Assembly: GCF_002113885.1 (NCBI RefSeq)
Contig: NW_018406397.1
Location: forward strand, 1,376,062 to 1,440,061
Length of the DNA: 64,000 nt
Origin: Mizuhopecten yessoensis
Taxonomy: Eukaryota
Direction: 5' to 3'
Made by a program: the position numbers and the translations under genes
The notes under the pieces: model-generated
The model's input: the letters and a program-made list of their open reading frames with translations, nothing else
Told to the model about the DNA's origin: nothing
Databases searched by the model: none
In this document: positions 1-12,158 of the stretch, one piece after another
How positions within the stretch are numbered: the first letter of the stretch is position 1
Layout of the letters: each line of letters starts with the position of its first letter

Positions 1-2319
1 ACTGCTTGTTCGAGCTGTTTTTCTTGGGTATTTTCCTGGGTATTTTCGAAACTTTCAGGTTCTTTCAATGTACCGTTAATGTTTTCTGTAGGTGAGTCAC
101 CATTAACATATCCTTCATCCACAGCTTCTGGGTTTTGTATTTGATCAATTTTCGCCTCTGATTCAACTTCTCGGGGAGTTATTAGTTGCTCCTGTGTGTT
201 TGGAACAATGTTTCTTCTGAGTTCTGGCGTGACGGTCATCGTTCCATCGCTTACTGCATCCAATCTGTCCTGATGATAAGCAGAACCCGCCGCTCGGTCA
301 ACAAATTCTGGCGGAGTGTCGTCCCTGATGGATGACGTCTTAACATGGTCTCTTTTTGATGGTTTATTCCTCGAGCTGAGGCTAAGCTCTACACCTGACT
401 TCCGGTTGACTACCACCTCTCCTGTTCGGAACTCTAACGACAATGTAGGAATTTCCTGAACAACGTTGTCGCTACCAGGTATTAAATCCTCTGAGGTTTC
501 TGATTTTTGATGCACTGACCTTTTGGTCATCGTCTTCAGATCTAATTTGTAAACCGGCACTTTTACCGGCTTTTTAGATCCACCATTTTCCTCGATTGTC
601 AGCATCGAACCCAAAAACTGTCCATGATCTGGGTATTCATGGATTTGCTTTGACTTTGGATCGTTTCCAAACACTTCCAGTGTGTTAAATTTTGATAGCA
701 CAGACTTTGACCTGTTGTAACCCTTTCCTGGGTTTGCATTATACGTGGAAACATCACTGCTACCGATTGCGGCAGTATGACCTGGTCGTTTTTGATTTGC
801 CATATTCATACCAACATAATCATTCGAAGTTTTGTTTTGGTTTGACCTTGAGCCACGTGATCGAGACATTTCTAAATTCACAATGGCGGTCTTTGACGGA
901 TCGCCTCGTTCTGGTGTCCGTTGTACTCCCGAGTCATTCGAACCGACTGATCCACTGTTACTGTGTCCATTCATCGAGCCGTACACCCCATTAGGGTCGA
1001 GATTTGCAAAGTTGAATTTGGAATTCGGTTTAATGTTGTAAGCGTCAATGGCAAACTCGCCTATGTCAATCTTTCCTACACCGTCGCCTGTCTGTTTTCT
1101 AGCCCTCGCGAGGTCCTCGAGTGTCGGGCGGTGTTGTTGTTCTGTGGGAGGATACCGTTCAGTGTGAAAGGTGTATTGTCGAAGATCTTCGTCAACTTCA
1201 AATGCAGTTTTAGTTAAAGTCCTTTCTCGATTCTCAACACTGTTCATTTTCAGCTGCAACAGCGACTTCTGTCTAAGTTTGTACTGGTCTCTATTGATAT
1301 TTGTATCCTTGATTCCATTAGTGTTTGTTTCCTTCCGCAACTCCAAGTATTTGTTAGGAATATTTTGCATAGGCTTTAGAACTGGTACTTTCCACTGAGA
1401 CTTTGAAGATACATTCCTTTGCTTTCCTCTCATGGAAAAAGACTTGGAACTATCCGAATTTTCAACATTGCGCGATTGATCCGCTTTTTCATATTCCTCA
1501 CTTGGAATTTCCGAAAACCATTTTTCCAGTTTGTGAACGAATGGTTTTCCAAGAACTCGAGTTTTATCTCTGGAAAAATGATTTATCCTAATTTCCCCGT
1601 TACTTCCGTTTTGTAACGGCCAAGAAAGATCAGATCTAACATTTGGAAAATTTACACCAGATGAGTCAGATCCGGGAAAACTACTCGGAGCAACTGTCTT
1701 TGTTCGTTCTCTACGAATTGCCGGGAAGTGAAGTGACTTCCGGTTTTCCTTGTCAGACTCAGCCACGTGTCTAAGGTCCTCCATGCTATAATTCTGCTGC
1801 CGATGCAGGGCTGCTGCGTACTTGCTGTGGTCCTTCCGGTCAAAGCCGGACAAGTCATGGTTGCTATGTGAATGTTGCTTCCGTAACATTTTACCACCTG
1901 AATAGTGATGGAGATTGTTCATGCTATTGGTTCTGGATAGAAACGGAAACGAAGGACCAGGAGCCATCAGATTAGACATTGGTTTCACGTGTGAATCGTC
2001 TTTACTGTGACTATCCACTTCCCAGCGCCGATTTGATATCATATTATTCATTTGTCGGTTTGTATCGACTTCAGCATACAGACTGGGATTGCTTTTCACC
2101 AGAAGCTCTTTCGGTGTGACCCGATGCCGATTTCGGCTTTTGTCCTCCATAATAGCATTTTCAACGCTGGATACCATGCGATCATAGTCAAGCTGTAAGT
2201 AGGAGTCCAAATTATTGAGCTCTGGTGACGTCACATCCGTTCCAGGATCAAACGGAAACGGAAGGGAGTTGTGAAAAGCAGGTTCCGGTTTTTCTTTAAA
2301 TGTGACTGCTTTCAGTGAT
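1..2319 (-). CDS. Large coding exon of an uncharacterised, low-complexity and probably disordered protein; continues beyond the left edge of the window
   Basis: Hand translation of the minus strand gives an uninterrupted frame from 2318 to 3 (772 codons): SLKAVTFKEKPEPAFHNSLPFPFDPG...MNNMISNRRWEVDSH...KLEKWFSEIPSEEYEK...ENTQEKQLEQA. It is preceded by a canonical acceptor (tcttctgtttatgttttccAG, AG at 2321-2320). GC is clearly higher than in the flanks. It is missing from the ORF track because no stop lies inside the window. Confidence 0.9.
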
Positions 2320-3756
2320 CTGGAAAACATAAACAGAAGAATATTTATTAGTTTTTATCCTAGGTTTCACTTAATTTAACCTTCTATAATAGAAATTGGT
2401 CAACTGAGGAAAATGGTTGAAAATTCAAAGTGAGCCTCTACAAGGGGAAAGTATTGAAAAAAAATAGGGAAGAAATTACAAAAATCTCTTAAACATGTGT
2501 ATCTAAATATTCAAACAGAAAAGTTTTGTTATGCGTTGCCGTTAATTAAAAGCATCTCAATTACTGGTACAGTAACTGTAACGAGCATGTTTTAGCGTTT
2601 CATAAATTTAAGCGCTTTTTGCGCTCTAAATATTGTGCTTAATTATGACTGCGTTCAGATGACAGTGCAACTTGTGACTAGACCCCCGACCATGTAAATA
2701 TAACAATAATAAAAATATTAAAAACGACACTGTTATTTATTCCCGTGATTGATTCACAAAGAATTCCACACAAAGACATAAGCACGTGACTAGCCCGTTG
2801 TACGTGCAGTTGTCAGTTTCTCGAATACGCACGAGATTAGCATTTCGGCACGTGTAAAGTTCGTCACCATAGACCGGATCATTATTGGCAGCAGATAGTG
2901 TTGGATGCAGTCAATCACAAATATCTCTGTATTCTTTGTAATGTTTACATATCAATTAATTTTACAGCACAGACGGGTTGTTTAGGTCTGTCCTAAAGCT
3001 GTTGTCATCATTCACATTGTGTAATGTAACGCGCTTAATCCTTGTCTGTCAGGTTGTGTAAGACATCAAACCACCAAGCTACTCGACGTCTACGGTAGAT
3101 AAGGGACTCACGACTACTGGATTAGCATGATACATTATACTACTACAGAACAGTTATTTTTATATGTGGTAAATTGTATCGTAGCCATGTGCGCAACAAT
3201 TTAGTGTGTTTCTGTGTGTTTGGGTTTTCTTTGTTTAAGGAGTGTACATACATCATATGTGATTCATTTCAATCTTTACAAGATATATTTTACCAAATTT
3301 TGATATTTCACCCCCTTCCACGTTTTCTACTTTCTCAGCCTATCCTGCTGCTCATTTAATCATATATACGAGTGTTTTTTTTTATAATTTCAGTTTTCAT
3401 TCCTCAAATGGTTGCCCCATATCAAAAGATTGTTCTCGTCACGGCTGCCCCACCAACACATATTTCTTCATGCAATTGTTGCCTACCTACAGCCTTGCAC
3501 AACAACTGATGCCTTCAAACTGATCCAATAAATGTATAGTTTGTGTCTCTGAAGTTAAAGTATTGGCAAAATGAGTTCCGTATACATATTAATTTCTATT
3601 TCCTATTTTAGATACGTCCCCATATAATAATTTGAATATAGATATCGAGCGTTCTCCTTTGATACAGGACCGATCGTTCTAGCGACAACAGAGGGTCATG
3701 ATACATGTTATACATGTACATATGTACACAATATCCAGCATCATTATGATTTATAT

Positions 3757-3879
3757 GTTTGTTTGAGTTTAACGACCTATCGACAACTATGGTCCGGCTT
3801 TCCTCCACCGCCAAAACCTGGCACGTCCTTAAATGACCATAGCTGTTAACACTTGTAGGACGTAAAACACAAAGAAACA
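3757..3879. mobile_element. V-type SINE 3' fragment (+) fused to an inverted copy of its own tail
   Basis: 3795..3879 reads cggctttcctccaccgccaaaacctggcacgtccttaaatgaccatagctgtt...taggacgtaaaac, with the same tail as at 22165-22205 and 63138-63178. 3757..3794 is the reverse complement of the tail. Confidence 0.65.
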
Positions 3880-4124
3880 TTTATTTATTTGTTGTTCTAT
3901 ATACATGTACTTTTCCCGTAACAAGAAACCCAGTGTTCCTGTACGAGTTGGTGTGGTTGTTTGAGATTGTTTGAGGTGCCCTGCTTTTTATGGAACACAC
4001 TTTTCAACAGATCAAAACAGCGCCAACAACTTAATTACGAACCAAGACCATATTACACTACAATATTTAGGCAGGCGTACATCTAGCTGAAAAACAGAGA
4101 TAAATTCCCCTGTCTAAAAGCAGC

Positions 4125-4188
4125 GTTGTTAGCGAGACTCGAACCTTCGAATATTGGTCAATGGGCACTCACCACCAGTGCTATGCAG
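4125..4188 (-). mobile_element. Degenerate tRNA-derived SINE head
   Basis: The minus strand has an A-box-like tagcactggtgg and a B-box ggttcgagtct at tRNA-like spacing, but no intact cloverleaf. Confidence 0.4.
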
Positions 4189-5344
4189 TCACTCTCTGAA
4201 AACATTAACATCAAATTTTATATTTTAGGTACAAATAATAGTGGAACGGATAGTTGTTACCAGTTTCGAGAGGATCATAACATTTACGAGTCCCCCAGAG
4301 AATTCTGGGAAAGAACAGCTCTGCTTTATCCCACTATGCGATCGGTATGAGACGACTTATATTGGGGCCCCTGTAGCATCGGAGATTGTTTATTCATGTC
4401 TATTGCTTGGGTTGATATAAAAGAAACCAAAATTGATCGGCTGATTCATTGCATCACCTGGGATCTATATATTTGCTTTTTTCACTTCCCTTCTCTTTCT
4501 AGTCAGCGGTGTCTCCGTGCGTCCCCATGAAACTTGACACTGTAGCTTTTTCCGGAGACGTAAAACTCCTAACAGACAAATTAAAATGGCGAGTACATTT
4601 AAAAAGGATCAATTCATTATGACATCAAACGTGAACGTGTTTATTGGATGACGTAAACATGTTATCATTTACATGGCTCTACTCTCTTCAAATGTAGGAA
4701 ATTGCCCCTAAAACAGTTTCCAAACAACACTATTGTATCTTGTAACGAGATATATTAAAACCAGTTTATGAGATTCAATATGTTATTATGTCTAAAGCAT
4801 TTAAACCCAAACTGCCTACGTGACTCATTATTAAACACTACAATAATTGAGTGCTGTGTTTGCAGCTAAACTACATAGTATTTAAGTAGGCGTTTAGTTC
4901 TTATCTGTATTCGTGTAATCTGTTTTCATCATAAATACCCAAAAAACATGCTTTTCAAATCTATCATAAGCTTGTTTACATAATAGGTTATTTTCGTAAT
5001 TATTGACAAATCTATATTCAAAAACACTCCGAGGCGCTAACAAAAGCAATTTATTAATAATTAAATAACAACAAACATTTTCAAATCAATATTTAAATCT
5101 ATTTAGAACCGGAAACAGGTTCGAGGCGACAACAAGTCAGGGGCTGTTTGCTGATGTTAAATTGGCCTTACCTTGACTTTTTTATGCACTGTCATCAACT
5201 ATCGTCTACCACAATTATTTTACAGGATTTAAGATAAAATATCAATTAACTTCAATTTTATGCTTATATATGTAAATATATGTTTTAGTGTTCACCTTAA
5301 GCCATGGTAACATAGTAATACAACTCAAACAGAACGACAGCCGA

Positions 5345-5690
5345 AATCGAAGTAACTGTTTGCTGAATTTAACCTCTTTATATGTGGAACTCGCTGTTTA
5401 CATACAGACAAACTTCGTTATACATACGTATGTCGAAGTTTTGGTTTACATTAAGTCGAACCCGCTCCATGTCAAAGTCGCTGTTTACACACACTCGAAC
5501 ATTGTTATTTATCGAAGTCATTGTTTACATACAGGCCGACCTCTTGATATGTCGAAGTCATTGTTTACATACAGACCGACCTCTTGATATGTCGAAGTCA
5601 CTGTTAACATACAGACGAACATTGTTGGGTCAAAGTCGTTGTTTACATCAAGACAACTCTTACACACCCTCGAACATTGTTATGTCGAAT
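5345..5690. repeat. Degenerate ~40-bp minisatellite (tgtcgaagtcattgtttacatacagaccgacctcttgata), about 8 copies
   Basis: Recurring gtcgaagtca...tgtttacat, with two near-identical units at 5512-5590. Confidence 0.8.
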
Positions 5691-6264
5691 TGCAATTGTG
5701 ACAGCGGTTTGTAGTAAATGCTGCCAATGCTCTCTAATACGAGTACAAAAGGATTCGAGTATATCACAAAAAATCTGTCAAATCCTCTGCCGAATGTAAC
5801 TATACGCCGAAAACTAACATCAATAGCACCACCACATCCACAACACAGAATTTAAATATCACAAAGCATGCCATTGACGTATCTTAAAGCAATACATGTT
5901 GGAAATACATCAGAACATCAATATACCCCATTTACATACTGAAGCAAACTAAATGAGCCATAGAGCCATAGCATCGCCCTGCATTACACGAACTAAGTGT
6001 AACTTTTTGATTGTGTTTACATTTAATCAAATTTTCTAAAAATAATTTTGATTGGCTGCTGCAGGTAACATATTACTGCCGATGCAAGTAGCCAAGAACG
6101 CTTCAATCGAATGTAACGATGCCATATAATAAGCAGGGATATGGCACGTAATCAGTTGATACTAAAAAAAAATGCTGGACACGAATAGCTTGTTTACAAA
6201 AGATGCTAAATATGGTAAAATTCATTGGAGCGTCCAACAGAAACTGGCTTTCCCATAAGATATT

Positions 6265-6357
6265 GTCTACGGACGAACGGACAGATGGACAGACAGACTG
6301 ACTGACTGATTAATTCCAATATAAACTTTACACACTTCGTTGCGGGGGGGTATGATA
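6265..6357 (+). mobile_element. 3' end of a pearl/HINE-like (Helentron-associated) non-autonomous element
   Basis: An (ACGG/ACAG/ACTG)n microsatellite is followed by ttccaatata...cttcgttgcggggggg-tatgata. This matches the terminal layout known for bivalve pearl/CvA-like elements. The left arm of the terminal hairpin is decayed. Confidence 0.55.
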
Positions 6358-7564
6358 AACATACAAATATGAACGTACATGTAACATGTGTTTGACACTA
6401 AAGATACGGCTCGACTGTGACGTGGAAATATGTCAGTTTAACTATTTAAGTACCACTGGGACAGGTCTCCAGATTAACACGTGTTATCCTTGTTGTACGC
6501 TGATTTGTAACTATTACTGAAACAAAAGCCGAGGTCAACTGAGGTCACCAGGTCAGAATAAGTTGGGTATTCATATACAGGTAGACCGTATCTCTCCTCG
6601 GCAGGTGCCAAGTCCGACACAAACAATCAATTGTAATTTCTAGTGGAGGTTTAAATCACATTAATTCCAGTAATGGTCTGTCGAGTACAATATACATATA
6701 TATAATTGATTATTTGTTTAGAGTGTTATATACACCAACTTTGTATATATATATAAATATTTACGTATACCTGTAAAAATGTTTTGGAGTATATGGGGAA
6801 AACTACCTTTGTTTATATCAAATGCATCGTAAGATAATACATGTACAATAGATAGAAGGAAAATGACGGTTGTCACATGAAAATATAGACAAGAAGAAGT
6901 TTATAAATATTTATTTCACTTTTGGTTTATTATCTAGAGTTAATGTTTAATGATTGTAGTTTATTTATCAACAAAAATACTGTTTGAAGCACAATTTGAA
7001 GAAACTACTGACACCTAGAGTTATAATATGATGTAGGTACATAGTGTATATCGATCAATTTATATAAAATATCATATTTGAATAAAAACCGAACATACAA
7101 ATGTACATGTACAATAACTATGTTACTGTATGAGAAAATAAATAACTGACTACAGTGATACATAACTTACTTAAATCACTTTCTAATCTATAATGAACTA
7201 ATATCTAGATATTAATATGTATCATTTATATATCATTACTAACATATAAATAAATAACCTTTAACTAATTTATAAATAGCTTATCGATAAATTACTACTT
7301 TATCACTACCTAATTTATAAATTAATATTAATTTATGTAACTTATCTTTACTAACAAGATAATATACAATTTACTAGTCTATAATTACGTACCTAATCAA
7401 TTAAATATTTACTTAACTAATGCAAAGCTAAATAATCTTCTTTATAACTACCTAACTAACTAGTCCTTAACTAGCTAAATAATCCGTAAAATTCACTAAA
7501 TATCAATGTAAACTTTATTTATTTTTCAACAATTATGAAACAAGTTATATATACTAATATTAAT

Positions 7565-7706
7565 CGTTCTTGTTGTGGGAAACCGGAGTATCCGAAGATA
7601 ACCCACGTGTTCGGTCAGGTGACCCCATACCTGTTTACGTCCGATTGGGGAATCGAACCCCGGTCGCTTTGGTGAAAGGCAAGTGCGCTATCCACTGAGC
7701 CACCAT
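7565..7706 (-). mobile_element. tRNA-derived V-type SINE (head and V domain; tail lost)
   Basis: Minus strand: A box tggctcagtgg, B box ggttcgattcc, then gtgggttatcttcggatactccggtttcccac, which resembles the V-domain core. Confidence 0.8.
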
Positions 7707-10700
7707 GTCGAGGAGGACTTGGGACGGAGGGTTGATCTGGGGTGGGGTGGGGTGGGGGTGGATAAATGGAGACTAATTCAAAATAAAACGAGGTCATAAC
7801 ATATTGTAGTATCATTTGGAGATAACATTTCCCGTATCGTAAATACAGTCCCCGTGTAGTTGACTTTTATATAAGGTAACGTTTGGTTTAAATACTAAGT
7901 TATTTAACAAGCCGACATACAAATGTATATACATGTATATATATCATACATAAATATTGTAACAATGGGATGAAAAACAGGCAAACATTGTCTTCTCCTA
8001 CTGAGTAAAGACTATGGGTCGTACCTATAGATGTACCGTACATAAATCATAAATACCCGATACACAATTAAAAGGTCATTGTTATGGATTACATCACATA
8101 AACTTATATACAGAGCCAAAAATACAGCAAGCTACCTAAAGTCTAACTGCGGTTTATATACAGGGAACAACTCTACAGTAAATACACAATATTTCAATTC
8201 AAACATTTAAAATACTTGATGAAATTCCAAAAAGATTATAATCATGGCAAATGAAAATCAATATCTTATGATATATGGGCCTGCGTCAGAAGATTAAACA
8301 CCTACCTATCGATTGTTTAGTTAATCCATCCCAACAGCCTTAAACACCATTTACATATGTAAATAGCTAACGTAAATATTTAGATATTTACTAAGTTATA
8401 TCTTCATTCACAGCGTTCAAATCCATGTAATGTTATACTCATTGCTGAGGAAGACGCCCATTATCTAAATCCCAAAATCACCGAGTGTCCACTTAAGTCC
8501 ACTTTAGGACGGCCGAAATTGTCTAGTGACCACCCCGTCATTCTCCACCAAATGGCTTTCTCAGTGAGTTTTACATGTACCCGTTCATAGATCAGAAATA
8601 TCGCTACAGGTGCACAGAATTACAGGTGTGCTTATACACTTGTATTGTAACCCGTGTTTCCGTTTCGGCCCACCTACGTAAGGAAAAACGGTAAAACGAC
8701 AGGTGGGTTTAAAGGTAATGCACCCTCACATCCCAGCGAAGTAACGACTGGTCCCCAGCCAAATTACAACACCGCACCACCTTCGCTGGGTAATTGTGTA
8801 CACTAAACTATGTGCCAATATATGATGAATAATTCATAACTATGCAGGTACAAACTAAAATCATTCGTGCTTTTTAAAACGAAATTTCACGTACTATAAA
8901 GACATACCTACGCACGGTGTGTTACGTGTAGCATCGAACATTTTAACATAAAATCTGGCAAATGAATTATGCCGCTGAGTTGAATTAATGCCAAAGCCAG
9001 CTCGTGATGATTACCTTCTTTATTACGGAATCCTTATTTCTAACTCAAAATTGCCTTTATTGGGAAAAAAAAGTTTTAAAGATTAATTAACAATTACACT
9101 TATCCTAACGGAGGTTTTGCCTAATTTATTTTTTATCTGACAAATTAAACTGGTTTGTAAACGATTTATTGCATTTATCTTAAAATTATTCATGATTTTA
9201 AGTTGAGTTAGGTGTTGGAGGTATCAAGTTTGTATCTAAATGAATGTAAGTGAATCACAGGAATTTGCATGATACAATGTGAATCAAATGTCACACGTGA
9301 TGGAAGCTTGCTAGTCTCGTATAGCCATGTAGAAATAAATATGACTATGCACGTCCTTACACCGCTACACTGTCCGTGGTGGAGAGATGCTTCCTTTGTC
9401 TTCCAGTTTACTACTTGTTGATTATTGAATTTTCGTCGGAACGCCCAACTCTCACTCTAACCCCCCTCACCCTCCCAAAACTCCAATCCCCAAGCCACAC
9501 CCGACCCCCTAAAAGGATAATGATGTCAAATAACGTAAATAAAGGCTACGGATGGTTTGTCCAGCCAGGAATGTTTTTTTTTTTTAGCAAAAATGTTATG
9601 AACTATTCACTTTCATTTCCTGATACTCAATGCAAAGCCATTCAGAAACTATTACAACTTTCTTTTCCTATTATCTATCTATCTATTATTGGAGGTGTTA
9701 GGACGTACTTGGACCCCAATGTCTTTGATTATGTGTAAACATGAGATCCATGTACATTTTTACTCACTGTATATTTTCACTATACTCATTATCCAGCTCT
9801 CCGCCAACAACGCTCTGTAATGCTCGATAAAAATGAATGAAAGTCATCTACCGCCTAAAACATATTGTAGTTAAATGTGCTGTAAAAACACGGTGATTGA
9901 TCTCTGACATTTATTTTCAATAGGACACTGTCCTGGGGTGTTTTTCCCTCGCTCGTTACACAATGGTGTCTGAGAATCACTGTGTGGGCGCTGTCATGGA
10001 ACAGGCGGCCACAGCGCCCCTACCGGCGTGTAATTAGACACTATTTGTGAAACACCAGATGTCCTCACTTCGGTGGCCAGACCATATATAGAGAACTATA
10101 TTTGCGGTATTTTTTACAGTGCAATTATGAAGTTTACGGGTCAAAGCATAAACTAGAAAACAAACTATCCCTATGCCTTTGGGCCTCCGAGACAGACAAA
10201 ACGGTTTCCATGACAGATACGCTGTAATGCCAACTCTAAGTTGGCGTCAAATGTTAATACCAATCCGTGATCGTCTTACGTAATGTCCGCATAACTTGTC
10301 CGCCTGCTTGAACAGGGAAACAGGAATACTTCAGTTATATGAATAAAGTTAAATCGTTTCCAATACATGCTGTCAAATATATTCAAAAAAATACTGCATG
10401 TGTATTTATTTTCATATTTGTCATTTCCCAGTGGCAGTGTCAGGTTGTTAAGAGGAGTGCTGGTGTTTGGCGGTTGTACGGATGCTTTAGCACCTCAATC
10501 CATCACTGTTAGGGAAATTATACCGTCAATTACCTCGGTAACAACAGCTCCTGGTACAAAATCTCCGTTTACTTTACAATGATAACGTATATGTCCCTTA
10601 AATTCATAAAAAAACAACTTCATTGCAAATTTCAATATTCAGACAGTGCTTGAAAATGATCAGTCGTTTTCAGCCACCATTGTCTTGTGGAAATAAGTGT

Positions 10701-10863
10701 CAAGTCTAGCTATATCAAAAACAGAACCAATGGATTTCTATGATGAAAAGAAAAAGGAACATTTTACACTCTTTATTGTTTATAACTGCATGTGTGTGAG
10801 AAACAGGCAAACTCAGTCTTAAATTTCATTCAATCTCAGAATAAGCACCGGATGCATTTAAGT

Positions 10864-11208
10864 TGTAGTAACAGAAGAGAAAGGAGAGCACGGTCAGACT
10901 GGGGTTCGAGCTCTAGACGGACACTCTATCAATTAAGCTACCTGGTCGCCTGGTCTCCTTTCCTAAGTGTTCGCCCCCGAAGATATATTTATTTACATCT
11001 ATTACAACCTGGGTTCGGGTACCCCGTGCAAAGCGTACAACCAATTTTTGAAGCAAAGGTTGGTCACATGCACCACTTTTGTAACAGGAGAAGGGGGAAA
11101 TGCACGGACAGACCGGGGCTCGAACCCGAGACCCTCCGAACTCTGGACGGACGCTCTACCAACTGGGCTTCCTGATCGCCGACGATTGGCACAAACAGTT
11201 CCGCTACA
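10864..11208 (-). mobile_element. TRIM-like non-autonomous LTR retrotransposon with tRNA-derived LTRs (Helenus-like)
   Basis: 5' LTR 11208..11080 (129 bp, TGTAGCGG...CTGTTACA) contains A and B boxes. A PBS-like TGGTGCATGTGACCA starts 4 nt downstream (11075..11061). The internal region is about 125 bp. A polypurine tract AGGAAAGGAGA (10964..10954) precedes a partly deleted second LTR copy at 10953..10864. Confidence 0.75.
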
Positions 11209-12088
11209 TTTTTATGATATCGGGGTATGGCAAGTCATGTTATTGATCATATTTACATAACATTCTGTATAACTTTTCAGGTGAAAACTTTTCATTAATT
11301 GTGTTAGTGGCTTCACACTTATTTGTATATAACTGAACATTTATTGTGAACATGAGTTAACGTTATCTCTGTGCATATTAAATTTACCAGAATAAACCTT
11401 TTCGTCAAAACATGGAGTCTATATTATACCTGTTTTTGTCTATTAGGGAAAGATTGCAGTAGATTTGTTTGTCACTGAAAGATATTTGCACACCACTTTA
11501 GTTTATGAAGGTAATATCTGCATAATGTGTTACATCAAAATAGTTTACGAGCGAGTCACAGGACGCTAACCAAACACCATTACCAGTGCGACAAGAGGAG
11601 ATGCTTTGATGTATTACAAAAAGGTCATGCGGGGCCACACTAAAAGACCTCAATATTAGTAAAAGCAGGGTAGCCAAGAGATAAACCGAAGTAAAATAAG
11701 GTGTAGAAGATGGCAGAAATAAAGATAAGTATTCCTGTTATAGTAATTGAATGTAGTAGATTAAGTTTAGTTTCTTCAGAGGGACACAGAGGAACTCTCC
11801 AATTCTGCTGGGGGCCCCATATTAGACGCTTGCTACGCATGCAAATGGCGATAACCAGTCACGTGATATGTGATTTAAAGTTTAAGGATCACTGTCCAGT
11901 TGCAAGCAAAACACTAGGGAATCCCACTGTGTTTTCCATACATTTTTTTTGTACATACAGTAACATCCCATCCTTTTGTTTTTTGGTAAACTTTATATCA
12001 CTCGCCTTTGGCTAGGGACCTCCCCTCCCACAAATCAGGTTCCCGTTGGTTAGGGTGACCGTACCCCCCCCCCCCCCCCCCCCCCCCT

Positions 12089-12158
12089 NNNNNNNNNNNN
12101 NNNNNNNNNNNNNNNNNNNNNNNNNNNNNNNNNNNNNNNNNNNNNNNNNNNNNNNNNN
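12089..12158. other. Assembly gap (70 N) next to a poly-C run
   Basis: N run seen directly, preceded by about 24 C. Confidence 0.99.

Noticed and set aside
692-1897. Short ORFs listed in the track at 692-1897
   Set aside because: They are antisense or off-frame shadows of the real minus-strand exon at 1..2319.
7630-7706. Functional tRNA genes (also at 11110-11175, 33778-33850 and 62803-62870)
   Set aside because: A and B boxes are present, but acceptor stems are imperfect and each runs straight into SINE or LTR sequence.
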